Origin: an uncultured bacterium | GTDB taxonomy: Bacteria; JAJVIF01; JAPKYR01 | NCBI GenBank assembly: GCA_965369865.1 | Contig: CBDURU010000013.1 | Coordinates: 1-52,356, forward strand | DNA: 52,356 nt | Direction: 5' to 3' | Part shown: piece after piece, positions 9,874 through 17,964 of the stretch | Position numbering within the stretch: the stretch's first letter is position 1 | How the letters are laid out: the number at the start of each line of letters is the position of its first letter | The notes under the pieces: generated by a model | Told to the model about the DNA's origin: nothing | The model's input: only the letters and a program-made list of their open reading frames with translations | Databases searched by the model: none | Translations under genes and position numbers: made by a program

Positions 9874-11271
9874 TCACACAGCAATAAACGCGTATCGGAG
9901 TATGAAAACCACAGCCAGTAAATATATCAGCCAGTGGACTTCATGCCCTTTACCGCTGAGTAGTTTTATCGCGGCATACGTAATGAACCCGAACGAGATT
10001 CCGGTCGCGATCGAGAAAGTCAGCGGCATGATGATTACGGTGATGAATGCCGATATCGCCAGGGCATGATCGTCCCAATCGATTTTTTTCAGGCCCTTCA
10101 TCATCATGCTTCCGACAACGATCAGTGGAGCGGCGATCACGGGATATACAAAGTGAGGAATTGCCTCGGGATCCGATATGATGTTGTAGCCGCCTCCAAC
10201 CATTTCAACGATAGGTTTAAAGAAAATCGCGAGCAGGAATAAAATCCCGGTAACAATATTTGTCAGCCCGGTCCGGCCGCCTTCCGCAACACCTGTGGAG
10301 GACTCAATATAGCTTGTAACGGTGCTGGTACCCATCGCAGCCCCGGCAACGGTTCCTACCGCGTCTGAAATTAACGCCCTGCCTGCCCTGGGTAATTTTC
10401 CTTCCTCGGTGAGCATTCCGGCTGCATTACCGACACCTAAGAGAGTGCCGATCGTATCGAACAGGTCCATGAAGAAGAAAATAAATACAACTTCCCAGAG
10501 CGGCCAGAATTTATCGCTCATCGTGAAGAAGCTACCGAGGTTGAGCTTGAAAAGAGTCGGCTGCATTGACGGTGGAGGTGCAATTACTCCTGTAAACCTA
10601 ACCAGTGTGTCCGAACTTGCATCCGGGTGAATTCCGCCGTTGAAAAACAAGCCGATGACCGCTGTCGCGACCATCCCGATCAGGATCGCGCCACGGACCT
10701 TCCTGGCCATTAATACGCCGGTAATTATAAGACCAATAATGCTAAGGACTGCCCATGGAGTAGTTGGGCTGCCAAGAGTTACAAGTACGGCAGGATCATC
10801 GACAATCAGGCCAGCATACTGGAGTCCGACCATCGCAATCAGCAATCCGATGCCCCCGGCGATCGCCAGTTTCAAACTCAGCGGAATCGCGTCAATAACC
10901 TTTTCACGAACCTTGAAAATACTTAAAAACAGGAACGCGGCACCTGCGATAAAAACCGCGCCAAGAGCTTCCTGCCATAAATAACCCATTGTGCCGCATA
11001 CGATGAACGAGAAATAAACATTCTGCCCCATACCCGGTGCGAGCGCGATCGGGTAGTTCGCGAGGAACGCCATTACGAAAGTCGCCAGAGCCGCCGCTAT
11101 ACAGGTCGCCATGAAAACTGAGCCGAAATCCATGTCGGAACCGAACGAGTTTGACAGGATCGCCGGTTGTACGAAAATGATGTAACTCATCGTAAGGAAA
11201 GTGGTGATTCCGGCGATAACTTCGGTACGGAGATTAGTGTTGTGGTCTTTCAGTTTGAAGAAATTGTCCAC
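9874..11271 (-). CDS. NCS2 family nucleobase permease (AzgA/PbuG-like)
   Basis: AGITTFLTMSYI, ALAPGMG.N, FDTIGTL and TSYIESSTGVAEGGRTGLT motifs. GTG start at 11271 with GGGAGG RBS; the longer ORF start only translates the repeats. Confidence 0.93.
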   Translation of the reverse strand: MDNFFKLKDHNTNLRTEVIAGITTFLTMSYIIFVQPAILSNSFGSDMDFGSVFMATCIAAALATFVMAFLANYPIALAPGMGQNVYFSFIVCGTMGYLWQEALGAVFIAGAAFLFLSIFKVREKVIDAIPLSLKLAIAGGIGLLIAMVGLQYAGLIVDDPAVLVTLGSPTTPWAVLSIIGLIITGVLMARKVRGAILIGMVATAVIGLFFNGGIHPDASSDTLVRFTGVIAPPPSMQPTLFKLNLGSFFTMSDKFWPLWEVVFIFFFMDLFDTIGTLLGVGNAAGMLTEEGKLPRAGRALISDAVGTVAGAAMGTSTVTSYIESSTGVAEGGRTGLTNIVTGILFLLAIFFKPIVEMVGGGYNIISDPEAIPHFVYPVIAAPLIVVGSMMMKGLKKIDWDDHALAISAFITVIIMPLTFSIATGISFGFITYAAIKLLSGKGHEVHWLIYLLAVVFILRYAFIAV

Positions 11272-11294
11272 GATCCAGCCTCCCACGGTTTTAG

Positions 11295-11436
11295 TCATGC
11301 ACTGGAAGTACATGTGACTGAAGATCATGCGCAGAATGCACATGTTACATTTATCATGCGCAGAATGCACAAGTTACGTTTATCATGCGCAGAATGCACA
11401 AGTTACGTTTGTCATGCGCAGAATGCACATGTTACA
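11295..11436. repeat. Tandem 29-bp repeat x4 plus one diverged unit, each a 19-bp imperfect palindrome
   Basis: TCATGCGCAGAATGCACAWGTTAC starts at 11325, 11354, 11383 and 11412. Diverged TCATGCACTGGAAGTACATGTGAC at 11295. Confidence 0.95.
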
Positions 11437-11442
11437 AAGGAC

Positions 11443-11471
11443 ACTTTACAACTGTACCCTCAATCGGGCAA
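11443..11471 (-). promoter_or_regulatory. Possible sigma70 promoter of the NCS2 permease
   Basis: TTGCCC-N17-TAAAGT on the minus strand, directly upstream of the repeat array. Confidence 0.35.
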
Positions 11472-11520
11472 GGTTTAAATCAAATTAAGGTGGAGGGATC
11501 AGGAGAAACATCTCCGATCC

Positions 11521-12108
11521 CTACCCCGTCGCGGCTGCACCTAACCCAAACTTCTCCTCGACTTTCGCAAGCTCATTAATTAAAAACTGTACCAAATCCT
11601 CCAACTCCCAGCCAAGTTCCTCGGCTCCCTGACGGACCTCGTCCCTGTTTACAGCCCGACAGAACGCCTTGTCCTTTAACTTTTTCCTTACACTTTTAAC
11701 CTTCATTTCCTTGAACGACTTATCGGGACGGACCAGCGCGCATCCGATCATGAATCCGCTCAGCTCATCGACCGCGAATAACGCCTTCGCCATAAGCGAT
11801 TCACGCTTGACTCCGGTATGTTCTGCGTGTCCGAGTATCGCGGTGATTATGTCATCCGGCCAGCCGGCTTCCTTGAGAATTTTTCCACCTTCAGTGGCAT
11901 GCTCGGGGATCGTCGGGTACTGCTCGTAATCGAAATCGTGCAGGATTCCGACCATCGCCCACTTTTCCTCGTCCTCTCCGAAATGACGGGCAAGCGCGCG
12001 CATGGCGAGTTCGACCACGCGACCGTGCTTCACCAGATTTTCATTTTTCGTGTACGCGCAGAGAGTTTCGTATGCAGCATCGTAGGATGGAATTAAGTGG
12101 TCTGTCAT
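11521..12108 (-). CDS. HD-superfamily (HDIG-type) phosphohydrolase
   Basis: L.KHG..VE, GILHDFDYE, AILGHA and LFAVDELSG motifs. Confidence 0.88.
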   Translation of the reverse strand: MTDHLIPSYDAAYETLCAYTKNENLVKHGRVVELAMRALARHFGEDEEKWAMVGILHDFDYEQYPTIPEHATEGGKILKEAGWPDDIITAILGHAEHTGVKRESLMAKALFAVDELSGFMIGCALVRPDKSFKEMKVKSVRKKLKDKAFCRAVNRDEVRQGAEELGWELEDLVQFLINELAKVEEKFGLGAAATG

Positions 12109-12197
12109 TTTTTACGCTCCTTTTCCCCAATTCCCCTGCTTTTCCCGAATCAATGTAACAGCGCATGGCCTGAGCTGAGAAGGGTTAAGCGGTCAGG

Positions 12198-12890
12198 TCA
12201 CACATTTAAATTAATCATATTCATTGGCATCCCCATACGCAACAATGAATCCGTGAAATCGACAATCATCGCGTCCAGCCCGGCAAGAAATACGACCGTG
12301 TTCCTGATCTCAGGGCTAACGAGAGGTAAATTGTCCTGGATGTATCCCACATGCCCTTTCCAGTAACTACCATCGGCGGGACGGCTCGCGGATAGATGGA
12401 CATCGATCTTCGCTTCACGCCACCATTCCTGCTCCTGAATGAACGCAAAATGATGATCCGTACGCTCCCCGTAGAAGAGATGCACCCGTCCCCAGTCGCC
12501 GCGATAGAGCATTATTTCCTGTATCACCGGACGCATCGCGCAGATCGCTACCCCGGAACAACCCATGATCACGTTATGGTTACGATACGCATGAATCGGG
12601 AACCCGCTGCCCATCGGTTTTGAAATCTGGATAAGGCTCTTCGGCTCCAGCGTGGCGATTTTGCGGCTTCTCCCGCCTTTATCCTTAACAAGAATCTCGA
12701 AGTGCTCCATTGCGGTACGGTTGGCGATCGTACCACGCCACGGCTCCTGCCCTTCAACGACGAGTTCAATATATTGGGACGGCTGCTGGTGCGATTCCCA
12801 GACCTCAGGCGGCACCTCCAGCATCATGAAAACCTGGTCCTCAGCATGTGGAACGATCGACTCAATTTTCGCTGTGAAAAGCTCGGGCAT
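12198..12890 (-). CDS. Ferredoxin-NADP reductase-family FAD/NAD(P)-binding oxidoreductase (divergent)
   Basis: PMGSGFP, LFYGER, WKGHVGYIQD and FLAGLDAMI resemble FNR/PyrK-family motifs. Confidence 0.75.
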   Translation of the reverse strand: MPELFTAKIESIVPHAEDQVFMMLEVPPEVWESHQQPSQYIELVVEGQEPWRGTIANRTAMEHFEILVKDKGGRSRKIATLEPKSLIQISKPMGSGFPIHAYRNHNVIMGCSGVAICAMRPVIQEIMLYRGDWGRVHLFYGERTDHHFAFIQEQEWWREAKIDVHLSASRPADGSYWKGHVGYIQDNLPLVSPEIRNTVVFLAGLDAMIVDFTDSLLRMGMPMNMINLNV

Positions 12891-12955
12891 AGAATAGCCA
12901 TTTTAAATGGCTGGATGGATAGAGTCAAAGGCGGGACAAGTGAAGCTGCCAGTTA

Positions 12956-12984
12956 TTTACATAAGGCCGAATTGATTGTATAAT
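12956..12984 (+). promoter_or_regulatory. sigma70-type promoter for the large lipoprotein
   Basis: TTTACA-N17-TATAAT. Confidence 0.6.
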
Positions 12985-13114
12985 TAACCTGAAACACTAT
13001 TTACAGGGCTACTACGACTTTGATGTATGGGCGGTTTAATGCACAACTCGAACGGGTTGATCGAAATTGCTTACTAGTAGATGATATAAAGATTTACCGA
13101 TCAAGGAGATAACA

Positions 13115-15925
13115 ATGAATATGGGATTCAAAAATTCAATATTATTGCTAGTCGCAATTCTTCTGGTTTCGACCTCTTTTGGGTGCAGTAAAGGGAGTGA
13201 CCCAATAAGTGCATCACAGGATGAACCTGGGTTAAATCAGGGTGAAATTATTGCCAATGCCCAATCGAACCGGTACATACTTGGAATCTGGACCGCAACA
13301 GTTTCCCCCGACGGCACAAGCATCGAAGCTGTGCCAAACCGTACATCGGATTTCCTGTTGAATATCAACGCCTTCCTTGAGAAAGCACCTGGGAGTTTCT
13401 TTTTCAAGGACATCGATGTTTCGGAATATTTCGACACGGGTCGTCTCGAAGTGACCATATCGATGCACCACCCGTTGCCCGGATATTCAGAGTACGGAAT
13501 TTTCGATACCTGGTTTGTCTTTCTCCATCATGGCGCGGAGACGCTCAATTACCAAAATCTTTCTTATGCGGATGAGACCGGGTTTGATTCGGCTGTGATC
13601 CTGAATCCCGACGGCTTTACCCGATGGTATAACTTTACTGAATTCGATGGCATGGGAATTCCCATTCTTGGTTATTATCCCGGGCAGTTCGCGAACCTCC
13701 CGGATCCGAGCGCGAAACTTAACCCATACAAAATCTATTCGGACGGCCTTGGGGCTGCTGACGATTACTACACCTGGATAACAACACCCGGAAATGCCGA
13801 TAACCGTGGAATTTTCACGGCATCGATGAAGGTTAATTCCAGGCGTTTCGAAATTCAATTTCCGATGATCGCCGGTAAACCGCTTCTGCTTTTCCAGTAT
13901 GCCGTCATCGCGAACTGGGAACCCGGCGACCCTACTCTTACCGGGGCACCCACGATGTATGACCCTTTCGATTTTCCGACCAACGCAAATGTGGAGGAGC
14001 CTTTTTTCATCCGCACGGCAACCGATACAAGCGACCTTTATTATATCGATCCGGCATCGAATGGCGGAACTTTCAGGGCCGACATCGAGGTTTTCGACTG
14101 GCAGGGCGGGATCGTTGGCGGCCTGGGCGTGCCGAACGAAATCGAGAGCATAATTATTGAAGGCGATTTCATCCCTGGCGGAACTTACCAGTTTACGCAA
14201 ACGGAGTTATCGGCGGTTGCGATACCTGCATCCGAGAATTCATCTGTTTTCCAGGTGGAGATCATGAATTGCACACCGCAGTCCTCAGCGGATGCGGATT
14301 TCTGGGTAATTGTCGAGGCTGGCGGATTGTTGGGTGATACATACTACCAGGGCTTCGATGTCGGATATCCCGAAGGCGTCCCTCGTGCTTCCTTTCTGAA
14401 CTCAGTAGTTACTGTAGCAGGAGATGCACTTTCTACAATCGAGCTTACGTCACCCAATGGCGGGGAGGCCTGGGAGGTTGGCTCAACCTACGATGTCACA
14501 TGGACCACTACGGACTATACAGGACAAATCAAGCTGGAATACTCCAAAGATGGATTTGTCGCTGACACTCACGAGATCGTTGCAGCAACCGATGATGACG
14601 GCGTCTTCGAATGGACAATTCCCGATGACCCATCGGATACCGTCCGTGTGCGGGCCACGCTTTTCAACAATCCTTCCATCTACGATGATTCAGACGCCGA
14701 TTTCTCTATAAAACTTATCATCTTCGTCGACGACTCCAACATATCGGGAATCGAGGACGGCACGCAAAACCATCCATACAACACCATCCAGGAAGGCGTG
14801 GACGCAGCGACCGCAGGATGCGAAGTCTGGGTGGATGATAGCGGCAACGCATACACGGAGCAGGTTATTATGGCAACGGATACAATCCTCCGCTCAATGA
14901 ACTGGGATGAAACGGACGGCGGCAACCGGGCATACATTGACCCTCCTGACGACCCCAACCATCGCTCAGTTGATTTCAACGGTGTTAATGATGCGTTCCT
15001 CGATGGATTCAGGATCGGCTTCGGAGGTTTGATCGAATGGTCCATGAATACCCAGATGCTGCGCATTAACGGTGGTTCGAACAACACTGTCCAGGATTGC
15101 CTTTTCACTGGTTTGATCGATCACTGGGGTGTATATCCAATAATCATAACGGACGCTTCGGATGTCACTATCACCAATTGCCGGATCGCGAGCATTGACA
15201 GAGGTGCGAACGAATCCGGGTGCACAAACTTCAGAGGGATCTTCGCCGACACCTGCCCCAATCTGAATATACTGAATAATATCTTCGCCGACATCCGCTC
15301 CACCGAGGATGAGACCTCAAAGGGGATCGAGATCTTATACATCATCGGTTCCACAAACCCGGTGGTAAAAAACAACCTGATCCACCATGTCATCCCGCAT
15401 GCGGGCGTGGGTAACAAGGGTGCCATCCTGATGGAGGGGTTCCACTTTGAGAACTGCTACGGAGTGGAGATTGCGAACAATACGGCAGACCGGATGGACT
15501 CTTCCGATGCCTTTTTGATTAATCAGTGCTTTACTTACAAATTCAAGGCGTGCAACGGAGTAGAATTTACAAACAATATCGCAACCCACATCTATTCGAG
15601 CGGCTTCCCGCAACCCCTGGCCAGAGGAGTAAGCGCGTCCGACGGTGATAGCGTGGTCTGTGATTACACCGACATCTATGACATCGGTCCCGGAAGCAAT
15701 GGCACAAACTATTATGGCGACGCTTCACCGGGCATAGGAGCTATCAGCGCGGATCCGGACTATATCGATCCCAACAATGAGGAGTATGACATCTCGCCAA
15801 CTTCTCCCGCTCAGAACGGAGACCCAGGTTTTGACGACTGGGATGATTCACCGGGCGACGGCTCCCGCATGGGATGCCACGGCGGCCAGGGCGGCGAATT
15901 TATAGGATTACTGACACCTGAATGA
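13115..15925 (+). CDS. Large lipoprotein: shared N-terminal module, Ig-like domain, C-terminal right-handed beta-helix (pectin-lyase-like)
   Basis: Signal peptide with FGC lipobox; LTSPNGGEAWEVGS Ig-like motif; FVDDSN..GTQNHPYNTIQEGVD beta-helix cap; repeated I.NN.I; ISADP..SPA..MGCHGG end. AAGGAG RBS. Confidence 0.82.
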   Translation: MNMGFKNSILLLVAILLVSTSFGCSKGSDPISASQDEPGLNQGEIIANAQSNRYILGIWTATVSPDGTSIEAVPNRTSDFLLNINAFLEKAPGSFFFKDIDVSEYFDTGRLEVTISMHHPLPGYSEYGIFDTWFVFLHHGAETLNYQNLSYADETGFDSAVILNPDGFTRWYNFTEFDGMGIPILGYYPGQFANLPDPSAKLNPYKIYSDGLGAADDYYTWITTPGNADNRGIFTASMKVNSRRFEIQFPMIAGKPLLLFQYAVIANWEPGDPTLTGAPTMYDPFDFPTNANVEEPFFIRTATDTSDLYYIDPASNGGTFRADIEVFDWQGGIVGGLGVPNEIESIIIEGDFIPGGTYQFTQTELSAVAIPASENSSVFQVEIMNCTPQSSADADFWVIVEAGGLLGDTYYQGFDVGYPEGVPRASFLNSVVTVAGDALSTIELTSPNGGEAWEVGSTYDVTWTTTDYTGQIKLEYSKDGFVADTHEIVAATDDDGVFEWTIPDDPSDTVRVRATLFNNPSIYDDSDADFSIKLIIFVDDSNISGIEDGTQNHPYNTIQEGVDAATAGCEVWVDDSGNAYTEQVIMATDTILRSMNWDETDGGNRAYIDPPDDPNHRSVDFNGVNDAFLDGFRIGFGGLIEWSMNTQMLRINGGSNNTVQDCLFTGLIDHWGVYPIIITDASDVTITNCRIASIDRGANESGCTNFRGIFADTCPNLNILNNIFADIRSTEDETSKGIEILYIIGSTNPVVKNNLIHHVIPHAGVGNKGAILMEGFHFENCYGVEIANNTADRMDSSDAFLINQCFTYKFKACNGVEFTNNIATHIYSSGFPQPLARGVSASDGDSVVCDYTDIYDIGPGSNGTNYYGDASPGIGAISADPDYIDPNNEEYDISPTSPAQNGDPGFDDWDDSPGDGSRMGCHGGQGGEFIGLLTPE

Positions 15926-15930
15926 GCTTT

Positions 15931-17031
15931 TTAACCCGGCTTGTCTTCCCGGTAGATCACATAGTGATGGCAGTCGATCTGCCTGCCATCATCCCACCAT
16001 TCCTTAAAGGCGGTTCCTTCGAGTTTCATCCCGAGTTTTTCGACCACCCGGGTACTCGCATCATTCCCGACTATCACCCCAGCAGCGATCCGTTCGAATC
16101 CAAGATCATCAAATCCGTAGCTGAGCATTTCACGGCATGCTTCGGTGGCATAGCCCTTGTTCCAATGCTTTGCGGCGATCCAGTACGCGAGATCGGCTTT
16201 CCTGTGATGACTATTTGCGCGGTACCAGATCGATCCGATAAGTTCATCCGTCTCTTTCAGGAAAATCAATAACGTGATGTGTCCCCAGTTGTGTTCGGTC
16301 CATGACCGTTGCCTGTACCATTCGCAGGCATCGTCGATTGTAAAGGGATACTTGATATGTGCTGAGTATTTTGAAATTTCCGGATGGTTGATCGGTTCGA
16401 CCATGTTACCGAGATCGGAAAATTTCGGCGACCGTAATATCAACCGTTCCGTTTCAAGATGGACCGGCTGTTTTCCCCCCGGTGGCGGGTCCGATTTCAA
16501 AATCGCGTAATGGTGCATGTCCCATGGCACACCATCTTTAATGTCCTGGCTTCGAGCGGTGCCTTCAAATGCCATGCCGCATTTTTCCATAATCCGTACG
16601 CTCGCGAAATTATCCACGTTGCACATACAGAAAACACGATTCAGGTCCAGTTCATCGAACGCGAATTGAATGATCCGCCTGCAGGCTTCCGGGATGATCC
16701 CCTCTCCCCAGTGATCGAATGCGCACCAGTAACCAAGTTCGGCTGATTTGAATCTCCCGCCGATATCTATCAGCCCAATCCCACCGACCAGTTCCCCGGT
16801 ATCTTTCAGGAAAATAAAAAAGTTCTTTCCTTTCTCCCAGCTTTCAAGGTCCAGGGTACCGGTAATAAAACTCTCCGCATCGGCTATTGAGTACGGATGA
16901 GGGATATTTAGCGTAAACTTCGCTATTTCAGGATGGTTGATAGCGGCTGCAAGTGCTTCCGCGTCATCAAGCGCCGGACGCCGGAGGATCAATCTTTCGG
17001 TTTCCAATGATTGTGTCATTTTTAAATTCAA
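15931..17031 (-). CDS. Tandem two-domain GNAT N-acetyltransferase (RimJ/RimL-like)
   Basis: LETERLILR occurs twice; AELGYW..HWGEG and ADLAYW..HWNKGYATEA; N.AS.R..EK.GM..EGT twice. True start may be 17019. Confidence 0.9.
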   Translation of the reverse strand: MNLKMTQSLETERLILRRPALDDAEALAAAINHPEIAKFTLNIPHPYSIADAESFITGTLDLESWEKGKNFFIFLKDTGELVGGIGLIDIGGRFKSAELGYWCAFDHWGEGIIPEACRRIIQFAFDELDLNRVFCMCNVDNFASVRIMEKCGMAFEGTARSQDIKDGVPWDMHHYAILKSDPPPGGKQPVHLETERLILRSPKFSDLGNMVEPINHPEISKYSAHIKYPFTIDDACEWYRQRSWTEHNWGHITLLIFLKETDELIGSIWYRANSHHRKADLAYWIAAKHWNKGYATEACREMLSYGFDDLGFERIAAGVIVGNDASTRVVEKLGMKLEGTAFKEWWDDGRQIDCHHYVIYREDKPG

Positions 17032-17089
17032 AAGTGTTATATAAATGTTATCATAATTGATGCATGCAGGAGTTTAAACCAGGTACGAA

Positions 17090-17593
17090 ATGATTCCAGG
17101 AGATCGAAAACCTGAAATTCCCGAAAGAGCTGTAATTTCACTCGGCAGCAATATCGATGACCGCATGAAATATATACAGAAAGGCACCGACATCTGGCGC
17201 GAATCAAGAGATGTAGATGTCATCGCGGTCAGCAGCACATATGAAACAGAACCGGTCCGCATGGCCGGCGATAAATTCGACAGTGATTTTCTGAACGCGA
17301 TCATCATCTGCGATGTGATGCTGTCTCCTTTGGACCTTTTGGAACTTTGTCAGATCATCGAGAGAAAATGCGGACGGGATCGAGAGCTGGAAAAAGTAAC
17401 GGGCAGAGGGAATCGCGCGCTCGATTGCGACATCATTTTTTACGGCGATCATGAGATAAAGCACCCATCTCCCGACCTTGTGATTCCGCACCCCCGTTGG
17501 CATGACAGGGAGTTCGTGATAAAGCCGATGAAGGATGTCAGAGGGCATTTAACGAACTGGCAGGCAGGGGAACTGGGGAAGGTCACTGAATAG
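17090..17593 (+). CDS. folK: 2-amino-4-hydroxy-6-hydroxymethyldihydropteridine diphosphokinase
   Basis: ISLGSNI, SSTYETEP, FLNA, RALDCDII and LVIPHPR motifs. Confidence 0.92.
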   Translation: MIPGDRKPEIPERAVISLGSNIDDRMKYIQKGTDIWRESRDVDVIAVSSTYETEPVRMAGDKFDSDFLNAIIICDVMLSPLDLLELCQIIERKCGRDRELEKVTGRGNRALDCDIIFYGDHEIKHPSPDLVIPHPRWHDREFVIKPMKDVRGHLTNWQAGELGKVTE

Positions 17594-17649
17594 CATACAA
17601 TTAAAAAAATCCCCCCAATTATAGGGAAAATTAATTATTTTTAGCCATC

Positions 17650-17743
17650 GAAAAAACGACAATTGGTAGAACAGCATGGCCGTGCGTCTTCCACCTTAAA
17701 ATAATCCTTTCGACACACTGCCATGCTGTTCTACGGTTTTTTC
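17650..17743. other. Long intergenic stem-loop (23-bp arms)
   Basis: 17666-17688 pairs with 17712-17734 (2 mismatches); outer GAAAAAAC/GTTTTTTC. Confidence 0.7.
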
Positions 17744-17964
17744 ATTTCTCACTTTAATCATAATCATCCGGAAACCTGTAAATTAATCCAGAGTGGCCAA
17801 AAATGGTTCATACCTGGTATAACAATCCGCCTGTTGAGGGGATTATTATGAAAGGATTTATTACCGCTTTCTCATCGCAATCACTGATTATTCCCCTAAC
17901 CTTTTCCACTCATGAACAATATCACTTATAATTAGGTCTACGTAACTTCAGGTCATAAATCGCC

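Noticed and set aside
11295..11436. CRISPR array
   Set aside because: The period is 29 bp with only ~10-nt, nearly identical linkers; there are no unique spacers and no cas genes in the window.
11272..11478. N-terminal extension of the permease and plus-strand ORFs with HAQNAHVT repeats
   Set aside because: They merely translate the tandem repeat; the RBS and homology start at GTG 11271.
17904..17932. SOS box at the uvrC promoter
   Set aside because: GAACAATATCAC does not match GAAC-N4-GTTC or CTGT-N8-ACAG; only a TATAAT with a weak -35 is visible.
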